A stretch of DNA of 64,000 bases from a virus: IMG/VR virus record IMGVR_UViG_3300045988_034366; one strand, given 5' to 3'. The position numbers and the translations under genes are program-made. The notes under the pieces were generated by a model. The model had not been told where the DNA came from, did not search any database, and was given only the letters and a program-made list of their open reading frames with translations. Position 1 is the stretch's first letter. Every line of letters begins with the position of its first letter. Positions 50,662-58,634 of the stretch are shown here, piece by piece.

Positions 50662-51118
50662 TACTAAGGTAGTCTTTGCGGAGATACCTGATGAAATAAC
50701 TCTTGCTATCAATATAAGTGGCTGCCCTTGCAATTGCAAGGGTTGCCATTCATCATATTTAGCAGAGGATATAGGAGAACCTCTTGATTTACAACACTTA
50801 ACTAATCTTATTGATAGTAATAAGGGTATAACTTGTGTTGGTTTAATGGGAGGTGATGCTAATCCAAGTGAAGTAGATGATATTGCACAAGACATCAAGG
50901 AATACTATCCAGAGTTGAAAGTTGGATGGTATAGTGGTAGACAAGAGCTTAGTAAGGATATTGAACTTAGTAATTTTGATTTTATCAAGCTTGGGCCATA
51001 TAAGGAAGAATTTGGTCCACTTAACAGTAAGACTACTAACCAGAGATTCTATAAGGTTAATGGTAAGGAGTTGGTAGATATAACAAGTAGATTTTGGAAA
51101 CATGAAACTGAAAATTAA
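50645..51118 (+). CDS. nrdG: anaerobic RNR activating protein NrdG (radical SAM)
   Basis: Cys cluster GCPCNCKGCHS. Adjacent to and overlapping nrdD. Minus-strand ORF 50365-50898 is a shadow. Confidence 0.8.
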   Translation: MLKYVDTKVVFAEIPDEITLAINISGCPCNCKGCHSSYLAEDIGEPLDLQHLTNLIDSNKGITCVGLMGGDANPSEVDDIAQDIKEYYPELKVGWYSGRQELSKDIELSNFDFIKLGPYKEEFGPLNSKTTNQRFYKVNGKELVDITSRFWKHETEN

Positions 51119-51641
51119 AATAAAAGTATTAACTGAAGGCTGTATGCCCAGTGTTATTGACAAGGGTGACTGGATTGACCTTATCTGTTCTGAGAATGTA
51201 ATTCTTAAAGCTCCTCAATCAGGTGTACTTAGAGAAAAAAAGAATGAACATGGCGTAATTTCTAGAGTAAGAAATGTGGAAGCAGAAGTAACTTATATTC
51301 CTCTTGGAGTTGCAATGAAACTGCCTAAGGGATATGAGGCTGTTGTTCTTCCTAGAAGCAGCACTCCAAAGAAGTTTGGAATTATGTGTGGTAACTCAAT
51401 GGGAGTTATTGATAATAGCTATTGTGGTAATAAAGATGAATGGAAATTTCCTGCTGTAGCTATTAGACCTACTTCTATTGAGAAAGGCACTAGGATTTGT
51501 CAATTCAGAGTACAGTTATCTCAAAAAGCCACTACATGGCAAAAAATCAAATGGTTGTTTACATCAGGTGTTAAACTTGTAGAAGTAGATGACTTAGGTA
51601 ATGACAACAGAGGTGGATTTGGGAGCACTGGAGTAAAGTAG
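51102..51641 (+). CDS. dut: dUTPase (trimeric type)
   Basis: Motif III GVIDNSYCGN and motif V RGGFGSTG at the C-terminus. Confidence 0.8.
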   Translation: MKLKIKIKVLTEGCMPSVIDKGDWIDLICSENVILKAPQSGVLREKKNEHGVISRVRNVEAEVTYIPLGVAMKLPKGYEAVVLPRSSTPKKFGIMCGNSMGVIDNSYCGNKDEWKFPAVAIRPTSIEKGTRICQFRVQLSQKATTWQKIKWLFTSGVKLVEVDDLGNDNRGGFGSTGVK

Positions 51642-51664
51642 TAACTAAAAAAAAAGCATGAAAC

Positions 51665-52159
51665 ATGGTATTGAAAATAGTTGTAATCTTGCTTGCAGTA
51701 GTCATTTTGGCTATTATTATCAATGGTATTGAGGATTGTCGTAAGCAAAAGAAGAGAGAAAATATGTCCTTTAGAGAGGCAATGGACTTGGTAGAATTGC
51801 CTGTTGTAACTTTCTATAATAAGGATACAAAGTTAAATTTTCTCTTAGATACTGGCAGTGACCTTTCCTATATTAATAAATCTATCCTACCCTCCTTAGA
51901 GTATAAGGAGATAGATGAAAGTAGGAATATCATAAGTGTAGGAGGTAACTCACAGAGTCTTGGATGCTGTGATATGACAGTCACTTATAAGAGTCAAAAG
52001 TTTATTGATAGGTTCTATGTCAGTGACCTTGATGAAGCCTTTGGAGCTATAAAGGCAGAAACAGGAGTACAGATTCATGGTATCTTGGGAAGTAAATTCT
52101 TTGCAAAGTATAAGTATATTCTTGATTTTGAAAGTTTAATCGCATATTCTAAGAAATAA
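51665..52159 (+). CDS. membrane-anchored retropepsin-like aspartic protease (164 aa)
   Basis: N-terminal TM segment (VVILLAVVILAIIINGI). Catalytic LLDTGSD and the later HGILGSKFF block. Confidence 0.6.
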   Translation: MVLKIVVILLAVVILAIIINGIEDCRKQKKRENMSFREAMDLVELPVVTFYNKDTKLNFLLDTGSDLSYINKSILPSLEYKEIDESRNIISVGGNSQSLGCCDMTVTYKSQKFIDRFYVSDLDEAFGAIKAETGVQIHGILGSKFFAKYKYILDFESLIAYSKK

Positions 52160-52431
52160 TGAAAGATTTAATTAAGTTGAGGTCAAGAGGTGGAGCTGAG
52201 AACTACCTTAAGAAGTTGATAAAGAAGGGTGATTCTGAGTCACTTACCTATGTACTTGAGACTGATAGTCCCTATCTTAGGACAGGTGAAGTAGCTAATG
52301 GAAGAAAATTCATTGACCCATCTGGTGGACCAATGATTGTAGTAGGTGATTATCTTGAAGAAGCCAATGCTGTTGTAGAATCTATAGACTTTGCAGAAGG
52401 ATATGGTTGGACTATAACTTTTAAGAAATGA
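52159..52431 (+). CDS. hypothetical protein (90 aa)
   Basis: Its start overlaps the upstream stop at nt 52159, and its stop overlaps the polymerase start. Confidence 0.6.
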   Translation: MKDLIKLRSRGGAENYLKKLIKKGDSESLTYVLETDSPYLRTGEVANGRKFIDPSGGPMIVVGDYLEEANAVVESIDFAEGYGWTITFKK

Positions 52432-54483
52432 TATATTTTGTTACTGGTGAGAGGAAGCTATTTGAATTTCCTGAAGCTAAGTATAAATGTATTTCTGTAG
52501 AAGAGAGTTTCAATATATTGGAGTCTTTGCAGATTGTAGGTTTGGATACTGAGACTACAGGTACAGAGATATGGCAAGGTATGTTACTTACCCTCCAGCT
52601 TGGCAATAGGGAGAATCAGGTAGTAATAGACTGCTTGACTATTGATGTCAAGAAGTATAAAGACTATCTTGAAAGTGACAGATTATTCATTATCCATAAT
52701 GCAAAGTTTGACTTGAGATGGCTGTATAAGGAACATATTGTAGTCAGAAATGTCTATGATACTTATTTGGCTGAAAAGATTCTATTTCTTGGATTCCCTC
52801 CAGGTATTGTATCTCTCTCTTTGCAGGCTTGTTGTGACAGGTATTTAGGTATTTATCTTGACAAGACTGTAAGAGGGCAGATACATGCTGGGATGACAGA
52901 AGAGGTTATAGTTTATGCTGCAAATGATGTAGTGCATCTTGAAGATATTATGAACTTACAGCTCAACACTATCAATGCAAGGGGTCAGAAAGTAGCACTT
53001 GACATTGAGAATGAGTTTGTAAGGGTTCTTGCATATATTGAGTTTTGTGGTATTAAACTTGACCCTATCATGTGGAAAGCTAAGATGGATAAGGATGCAG
53101 AGAGGCTAAGGGCAGCTGAACAGAAACTTAATGAGTGGGTAGTGGATTATGTAATGAAGAAGGGAGATACCTCTAACATTGCGAGAAACTATGATACTAA
53201 CAGAAGAGGCAAAAAAGCTAAGCTGGCTGATAATGTATATGTAGTTATTCCATCTCCTTCATTGTTTTCTGAATATGATACTGGGCCTCAATGTATAATT
53301 AATTGGAATAGCTCCAAACAGGTTATCAGATTGTTTGAAGAACTCGGATTTGATTTATTGGTCAAAGACAAGAAAACAGGCAAGATGAAGAAGTCTGTGG
53401 AGTCCAAGTTTATAGAATTGCAAGCTAATAAGAGTACTATAGTACCTTTGTACTTGGAGTACTCAGCAGCTTTTAAGGTAGTAACATCTTTTGGCCAAAA
53501 CTTCCTTGATGCAATTAATCCTGTAACACATAGAATACATCCTACATTCAATCAAATGATGGATACTGGTAGATTAAGTTGTGGCTCAGGTGGTAAAGGC
53601 AAAGGAGGAAAGACCAAGGATGATGATGTCGCAGAGGAGGAAGATGGAAGCAAGGATACTTCTATACAATCAAATGATAAGAGTGTCAATGTGCAGCAAC
53701 TTCCTGCTACAGAAGAGACAAGAGCAGCATTTGTTCCTGAAAAGGGGTATATGCTTATAGATTGTGATTATGGAGACCAAGAGGGACATGTATTCACTGA
53801 ACTATCTAATGATAGGGAGTGGATTGCATTTTATAATGACCCTAATCAAAGAGATGGACATTCTTTTGTAGCTAAGATGTGTTTCCCCAAAGACCTTGAT
53901 GGTGTAGAGGAGAAAGATGTCAAGAAAGTAAGAAAAGACCTTAGGTCTTTGGCTAAGAAGGCAAGGTTCTGTTTCAATTATAATGGCCAAGCCCCCACAA
54001 TGGCAACCAATTGCAATATCCCCATAGACTTTGCAACTGAGATATATAACAACTACTTCAAGAGGTTTAATGGTATAGCAAGCTATTTCAAAGTCCAAAA
54101 GAGAGATATGTGGGATAGAGGATATATCCTAATTTCAAAGATAACTGGGCTTAGGGCATACATCTATGACTATCCTATACTGAAGGGCATTGAAAGAAGA
54201 AAGAATGGTATGGAGGATTTTTGGGATATATATAAAGCCTCTAGGGATAGTGGCAGAGTAGTATCCGAAATACCACCAACTATTATGCAAGAGATTGCCA
54301 AGAGGTTTGCTCAAGGAAAACCTATTGAAGAAATAGCTGTTACTTACTCATATAAGGTAAAGAAAGCAGGTAAAGTTGAAGAAAGGTTCATAGACATTAA
54401 CAGGGAAACTGTATATGTGTCTGTGATGAAACACTTATGGAAGAGAAAGAGTGCATCTGATAACCAATCATGCAATTATCCCT
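52428..54483 (+). CDS. family A DNA polymerase, exon 1 of 2 (3'-5' exonuclease + palm motifs A and B)
   Basis: Exo motifs GLDTETTG, NAKFDLRWL and YAANDVVHL. NVQQLP followed by LIDCDYGDQE (motif A). RSLAKKARFCFNYNG (motif B). The frame is interrupted after ...SCNYP plus 1 nt. Confidence 0.8.
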
Positions 54484-54539
54484 TAATTGCGGGGGCATAT
54501 AGTAGTGATGCTATATGAAAAACTCAGTGAATTGCTGGA

Positions 54540-54561
54540 AAGCTAAGGATAAATCTATGCT
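54540..54561 (+). repeat. 22-nt direct repeat AAGCTAAGGATAAATCTATGCT, copy 1
   Basis: Perfect repeat of 54617-54638. The two copies bracket the intron R element. Confidence 0.8.
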
Positions 54562-54616
54562 AATCAGCAGCCAAGGCTTGTAGAAATGCAAGTAAGGTTC
54601 AGAGACTAATCAAAGT

Positions 54617-54638
54617 AAGCTAAGGATAAATCTATGCT
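54617..54638 (+). repeat. 22-nt direct repeat AAGCTAAGGATAAATCTATGCT, copy 2
   Basis: Perfect repeat of 54540-54561, 77 nt downstream. Confidence 0.8.
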
Positions 54639-54684
54639 GAAATGGACAAGAGTGCTGAGTATCTCTTAATTATTTATTTACCCT

Positions 54685-54716
54685 ATTGGATAATTAAGAA
54701 AAAATTTGTATCTTTG
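54685..54716 (+). promoter_or_regulatory. Bacteroides-type promoter inside the intron (ATTG-N20-TAtcTTTGtac)
   Basis: -33 at 54685-54688 and -7 at 54709-54716. The endonuclease ATG lies 25 nt downstream. Confidence 0.6.
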
Positions 54717-54741
54717 TACTATAAATTAAAGATAACAAATT

Positions 54742-55317
54742 ATGAAGAGATGTTCAAGTTGTGGTAAGTTAAAGGATGAGTCAGAGTTTTATCATTATAA
54801 GTCATCAAAAGATGGCTTAACTCACCAGTGTAAGCAATGTATGTCTGAATATAGAGCTTCTAAAAGAGAGCATTATAAAGAGTACATGGCTCATAGGAGA
54901 GAAGTAGATAATGAGACTATAAAAGCTAATAGAAGAAAGCATTATAGGAATCATCCTGAGAGTAGAATGTTAATGGCAGCTAAGCAAAGAGCCAAGAATC
55001 AAGGATTAGAGTTTAACTTAACTATAGATGATATAGTTATTCCTGATAAATGCCCTTTGTTAGAAGTTCCTTTTGTTGCTGGAGAAAAAGGTAATTATGA
55101 ATATACACCCTCCCTTGATAGAATAGACCCTACTAAGGGATACATTAAAGGAAATGTATGGGTAATTACCAAAAGAGCAAATACAATGAAGAATAGTGCA
55201 ACAAGGGAAGAACTATTAAAGTTTGCTGATAACATCTATAAATATTTTGGAGATAATGATATAGTCCAACCTATTGAGAAATCAATAGAACTACAGGATA
55301 AAGAGCCTGTAGGGTAA
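54742..55317 (+). CDS. HNH/His-Me-finger homing endonuclease
   Basis: N-terminal CxxC...CxxC ribbon like the nrdD-intron enzyme. SLDRIDPTKGYIKGNVWVITKRANTMKN nuclease block. Its 3' 60 nt overlap the intron S element and P9 hairpins. Confidence 0.75.
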   Translation: MKRCSSCGKLKDESEFYHYKSSKDGLTHQCKQCMSEYRASKREHYKEYMAHRREVDNETIKANRRKHYRNHPESRMLMAAKQRAKNQGLEFNLTIDDIVIPDKCPLLEVPFVAGEKGNYEYTPSLDRIDPTKGYIKGNVWVITKRANTMKNSATREELLKFADNIYKYFGDNDIVQPIEKSIELQDKEPVG

Positions 55318-55324
55318 TAAATTG

Positions 55325-55578
55325 CACAAGGGACAGCTGCTGCAATGACTAAGATTGCTGGTATCAGGTACTTCAATCACCTAGTCAAAGATGGTTTGAT
55401 ATTTAAGGTACTCATACCTAATGATGTACATGATGAATACCTTATAGAACCTCCTGCTGAAATAGCAGAGCAGGAAGCCAAGAAGCTGAGTGAGTGTATG
55501 GAGTATGCAGCTAGAATTTTCTGTAAGAAAGTGACCATCAAGGCTGAGCCTGAAATTGCAGACCATTGGGTGCATTAA
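55325..55578 (+). CDS. family A DNA polymerase, exon 2 of 2 (motif C)
   Basis: (S)QGTAAAMTKIAG...PNDVHDEYLIE carries the catalytic motif C (HDE). Confidence 0.8.
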
Positions 55579-55584
55579 GTGTAT

Positions 55585-55710
55585 ATGGAAGAGTGTGAAA
55601 TCATAGTAGGTGTAGTATCAGTGGTAGCCATCCTGTATGGGGTGGCTATACACTATCTTGCTAAAGAGGCAAGGAAATATAACAATTTTAATAAATGGAA
55701 ACAAAAGTAA
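55585..55710 (+). CDS. micro-ORF, single-TM peptide (41 aa)
   Basis: Starts MEECEIIVGVVSVVAILYGVAIHYLAKE. Fills the gap and overlaps the next start. Below the track cut-off. Confidence 0.35.
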   Translation: MEECEIIVGVVSVVAILYGVAIHYLAKEARKYNNFNKWKQK

Positions 55711-56108
55711 ACCCTGAATATCAGAAACTGATAGATATTATAGAAGGAGTCTTATCTTCCTCTGTATTTAGTCAAGAAATGAAACATCGTCTTCAAGTAG
55801 TGAAAGACGGTCTTATTCACTTAGGTTCAAGACCTAAATTGAGTGATAGTGTGGAGCAGTTCATGGATATTACCGCTAATATGGCTAAGACTTATGCAGC
55901 CAAGAATCATGACTATGGCAATAGCTTTGAGCAATCCCTTGATAAGTTTGGTCTGGTAGCATCTATTGTAAGGATGGGAGATAAAATGAATAGGATTGAA
56001 TCTCTCAGCAAGAAAGAAGCAGAGGTTAAAGATGAGTCTATCAAAGATACTCTCTTAGACCTTGCCAATTATGCTATTATGACTGTAATGTGGTTAAATA
56101 GGAGTTAA
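55695..56108 (+). CDS. DUF1599-like all-alpha protein (MazG-like NTP-pyrophosphohydrolase fold candidate)
   Basis: AKNHDYGNSFEQSLDKFG...VRMGDKMNRIESL matches the K-x-x-DYG...DK-x-x-R pattern. Confidence 0.4.
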   Translation: METKVNPEYQKLIDIIEGVLSSSVFSQEMKHRLQVVKDGLIHLGSRPKLSDSVEQFMDITANMAKTYAAKNHDYGNSFEQSLDKFGLVASIVRMGDKMNRIESLSKKEAEVKDESIKDTLLDLANYAIMTVMWLNRS

Positions 56109-56109
56109 C

Positions 56110-56253
56110 ATGACATTTATAATTCATTTTAAAGATGGTTATAGGGAAACCTATAGTAATAGGTATGATGAGGATGTAGAGCATGAGAGGGATGCAGCTT
56201 GGGATGATGTCTATGCTGCATTTCCTGATGCTGATTATATAGAATCATTTTAA
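56110..56253 (+). CDS. micro-ORF (47 aa, acidic)
   Basis: Starts MTFIIHFKDGYRETYSNRYDEDVEHERD. Begins 1 nt after the upstream stop. Below the track cut-off. Confidence 0.35.
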   Translation: MTFIIHFKDGYRETYSNRYDEDVEHERDAAWDDVYAAFPDADYIESF

Positions 56254-56277
56254 TATGACTTTAATACGTTAATCATT

Positions 56278-56616
56278 ATGAAAGTAAAGATTGAAATAAC
56301 AGAAGGTTGTACTAGTTATTCCTATACTATTAATGATATAGAATGGGTAGATTTAGTAGATAAAGAATCAGATTATTATAATCTTGAACTTGCTGATAAA
56401 GTATGTGAAGAGCTTCTTAAACAGGCACAAGAACAATATCAATTGCCAAATTGGATAATGGATTACTTATGGGATGGTTGTAATACTACTTGTGAGCAAT
56501 ATACTTTCACTAAATTAGTTAAAAATAATAAAGACACTAAAGAAGAATATCTTGGACATTGTGGACAATGTGGTGATATGATTTATAGATGGACACTTGA
56601 ACTTGATATTTCATAA
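56278..56616 (+). CDS. hypothetical protein (112 aa)
   Basis: ORF with a C-terminal CGQCGD half-ribbon. Confidence 0.55.
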   Translation: MKVKIEITEGCTSYSYTINDIEWVDLVDKESDYYNLELADKVCEELLKQAQEQYQLPNWIMDYLWDGCNTTCEQYTFTKLVKNNKDTKEEYLGHCGQCGDMIYRWTLELDIS

Positions 56617-56655
56617 CTTCTTATAATAGTGAGCATTAATTAATAGAGTTTTAAT

Positions 56656-56829
56656 ATGAAAAAATCAATTTTAACAGCTATAGTATATATTATAATATTT
56701 GCTATGGAAATATTAGTGTACTATATATCTAAAGAAAATGCTATTTTTGTATATGGTCTTATAACATTGATTGCATTTATATTTACTTTTGGTTATTCTT
56801 TAGATAACACTGAATATGTGAGATTATAA
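56656..56829 (+). CDS. micro-ORF, two-TM peptide (57 aa)
   Basis: Starts MKKSILTAIVYIIIFAMEILVYY and continues with LITLIAFIFTFGY. Below the track cut-off. Confidence 0.4.
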   Translation: MKKSILTAIVYIIIFAMEILVYYISKENAIFVYGLITLIAFIFTFGYSLDNTEYVRL

Positions 56830-56850
56830 ATATTAATAGAAGACTTTTAT

Positions 56851-57003
56851 ATGACTTTAAATGAATATTTATTGATAAGGTTTAACAGAAGTAATCATCC
56901 TAAGTATAGGAAATATGCAACGCGGTGGATAAGAAATTTAACTTCAGACCAATTATCTTACTTTAGAAAAGAAATGATTAAATCAATTATAATAGAAGGG
57001 TAA
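56851..57003 (+). CDS. micro-ORF (50 aa, basic)
   Basis: Starts MTLNEYLLIRFNRSNHPKYRKYATRW. Below the track cut-off. Confidence 0.35.
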   Translation: MTLNEYLLIRFNRSNHPKYRKYATRWIRNLTSDQLSYFRKEMIKSIIIEG

Positions 57004-57007
57004 AAAG

Positions 57008-57190
57008 ATGAGTGGAATTAAGCTTATTGTTAAAACAAAGGCTAAAGAGACTCTGAAACTATCTAACCACCTAAGGACATTTCTTTTTGAACAGGAGTGT
57101 GGTGAATTGAGTGACTATACTCCTGCTCAGAAGAAAATCCTTAGGGATGCTTTGTTAGTTTTAGACTCTGTGGTCAGCAAGAGTAAATAA
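57008..57190 (+). CDS. hypothetical protein (60 aa)
   Basis: Tightly packed ORF. Confidence 0.5.
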   Translation: MSGIKLIVKTKAKETLKLSNHLRTFLFEQECGELSDYTPAQKKILRDALLVLDSVVSKSK

Positions 57191-57191
57191 T

Positions 57192-57482
57192 ATGACAGAG
57201 AAGCAACTAAAATGGCAGAAGAGGAATAGAATACTTTGGAGGTTAAAAGGTATGGTAGGCTTTTCATTTGAGGAAGGAGTACTTACACCTCTTGAGAATG
57301 ATAGGCTGAACACTGCCTTTAGCATCATTAGAGGAGTAATCCAAGATTCAGTAGAGTCAAGTATTGAATTAGGATTTAATGCTAAGAGGAGGTGTCCCCT
57401 TTGTGGGAAACCTGTTGTGGAAGGCAGTGAATATTGTAAAAAACATAAGGAATATATGGAGGAAAGACAATGCCAAAGATAA
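57192..57482 (+). CDS. hypothetical protein with C-terminal zinc-ribbon-like CxxC...CxxH (96 aa)
   Basis: Contains CPLCGKPVVEGSEYCKKH. Confidence 0.5.
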   Translation: MTEKQLKWQKRNRILWRLKGMVGFSFEEGVLTPLENDRLNTAFSIIRGVIQDSVESSIELGFNAKRRCPLCGKPVVEGSEYCKKHKEYMEERQCQR

Positions 57483-57928
57483 TTTTATGCCGAGGTATTC
57501 AAGGTAGTGGTAAGACTACATGGGCTAAACGATGGGTACTTGAAGACCCTGAACATAGAGTAAGGTTCAACAATGATGACATCAGAAATATGTTGGGTAA
57601 GTATTGGGTCCCTAGTAGAGAAGGTCTTATAAAGGACTTAAGGGGTACTTTTCTATGGAACTCTATGTTCTATGGTTTTGATATTGTTATTGATAATATG
57701 AATCTTAATCCTAAGGAATTAGAGTATTATAATAAAATGCTTGATAATTGGAATGACCCTGAAGTAACAATACCTACTATAGTAAGACAAAAGTATAGCC
57801 TTGAATTTAAGAACTTCTTTACACCTCTTCAAGAGTGTATAGAGAGGGACTCAAAGAGACCTAATCCAATAGGAGAAGAGGTCATAAGAAAGACTTATGA
57901 AAAGTATAAAGACATTCTGAAAGTATAG
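57470..57928 (+). CDS. polynucleotide-kinase-like P-loop kinase (kinase domain only)
   Basis: MPKIILCRGIQGSGKTTWAKRW closely parallels the N-terminus of the T4 Pnk kinase domain. No phosphatase domain is present. Confidence 0.6.
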   Translation: MPKIILCRGIQGSGKTTWAKRWVLEDPEHRVRFNNDDIRNMLGKYWVPSREGLIKDLRGTFLWNSMFYGFDIVIDNMNLNPKELEYYNKMLDNWNDPEVTIPTIVRQKYSLEFKNFFTPLQECIERDSKRPNPIGEEVIRKTYEKYKDILKV

Positions 57929-57929
57929 T

Positions 57930-58139
57930 ATGAGACAATATACATCAAGAGAGTTCATAAAGATAGTGAAATTTAATGGTTTCTGGTACAATAGGAATAA
58001 TGGAGACCATGCTATCTATGTGAATGATAAGGGAAGGCATATCAGCATACCTAAGAATCTTGAATGTGTAATTGCTCGAAGACTAATAAAGGAGAATAGC
58101 CTAGAAGTAAACATTAAAAGGAAAAGAAAAGATGTATGA
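57930..58139 (+). CDS. hicA: HicA-like toxin (mRNA interferase fold)
   Basis: FIKIVKFNGFWYNRNNGDHAIYVNDKGRHISIPKN...IARRLIKE follows the HicA pattern (GF...GSH...iP.h....i.k). Confidence 0.6.
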   Translation: MRQYTSREFIKIVKFNGFWYNRNNGDHAIYVNDKGRHISIPKNLECVIARRLIKENSLEVNIKRKRKDV

Positions 58140-58473
58140 TAACTACAATTACCCATTGGGAGCAGATAACCCTGATGCCCCTTGGAATCAAGAGGAAAAC
58201 CCTGAAAGAGAAATTGAAGTCACGGTTAGTGTAACTTTAAGTAAAACTATTAAGGTTAAGGTATCTGACTATGACATCATCAATTCTGGCAAAGATGAAG
58301 ATGGTGAGTATTTTGAGGATATAGATTACTCAAACTGTGACCTTAAAGGTGCAGTTGAAAAGCAGATTGTATTACCTCAAACTGCTCACATGTATGTTAA
58401 GAGCAACCCAAAAGTGCATGAAGATTTAAGTAATTGGTGTGTTGATGATTTTGAAGTGAATTTGGAGGAATAA
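58132..58473 (+). CDS. acidic hypothetical protein (113 aa), possible HicA partner
   Basis: 8-nt overlap with the hicA-like gene. No HicB motif recognised. Confidence 0.55.
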   Translation: MYDNYNYPLGADNPDAPWNQEENPEREIEVTVSVTLSKTIKVKVSDYDIINSGKDEDGEYFEDIDYSNCDLKGAVEKQIVLPQTAHMYVKSNPKVHEDLSNWCVDDFEVNLEE

Positions 58474-58475
58474 TT

Positions 58476-58634
58476 ATGGAAAGATTAGTTGTAATGGACT
58501 TCTCTGATAGCAGTGTAACTATATATGAAAATCCTGAAGATAAGAGTACAGAAGAATTACTTAAAGAAAGGGGACATAATATAGATGAATGTAGTGTTAT
58601 GTTTTGTGAAAGTGTAACTATAAATTTGAAATAA
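58476..58634 (+). CDS. micro-ORF (52 aa)
   Basis: Starts MERLVVMDFSDSSVTIYENPEDK. Its TAA overlaps the thyX ATG (TAATG). Below the track cut-off. Confidence 0.4.
   Translation: MERLVVMDFSDSSVTIYENPEDKSTEELLKERGHNIDECSVMFCESVTINLK

Larger units (their letters stand above)
54484..55324 (+). mobile_element. group I intron carrying an HNH-type homing-endonuclease gene between the R and S elements
   Basis: 5' exon TCCCT (54479-54483) pairs with GGGGG (54491-54495), with U-G at the splice site. P2-like CATATAG/CTATATG. R element GTTCAGAGACTA at 54597-54608, S element GATATAGTCC at 55258-55267. GAAA-capped CTATTGA/TCAATAG and CTACAGG/CCTGTAG hairpins. Terminal G at 55324. Splicing gives N-Y-P-S-Q-G-T-A-A, matching the Pol I N-x-P-x-Q-G-T-A-A block. 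Confidence 0.7.

Noticed and set aside
54484-55324. A splice junction inside the AATTGC shared by both polymerase exon flanks, giving NYPLIAQGTAAA.
   Set aside because: Any junction within the shared hexamer breaks either the U(-1) rule or the terminal-G rule and adds two residues to the conserved block. The junction T54483|C55325 satisfies both rules.
52428-55578. The DNA polymerase might be a genuinely split enzyme made of two polypeptides, as in some T4-like phages where an endonuclease insertion splits gene 43.
   Set aside because: The interval has group I R and S elements, GNRA hairpins, and a U(-1)/terminal-G junction that restores the conserved N-x-P-x-Q-G-T-A-A block in frame. An intron is the better explanation, though only RNA data can settle it.
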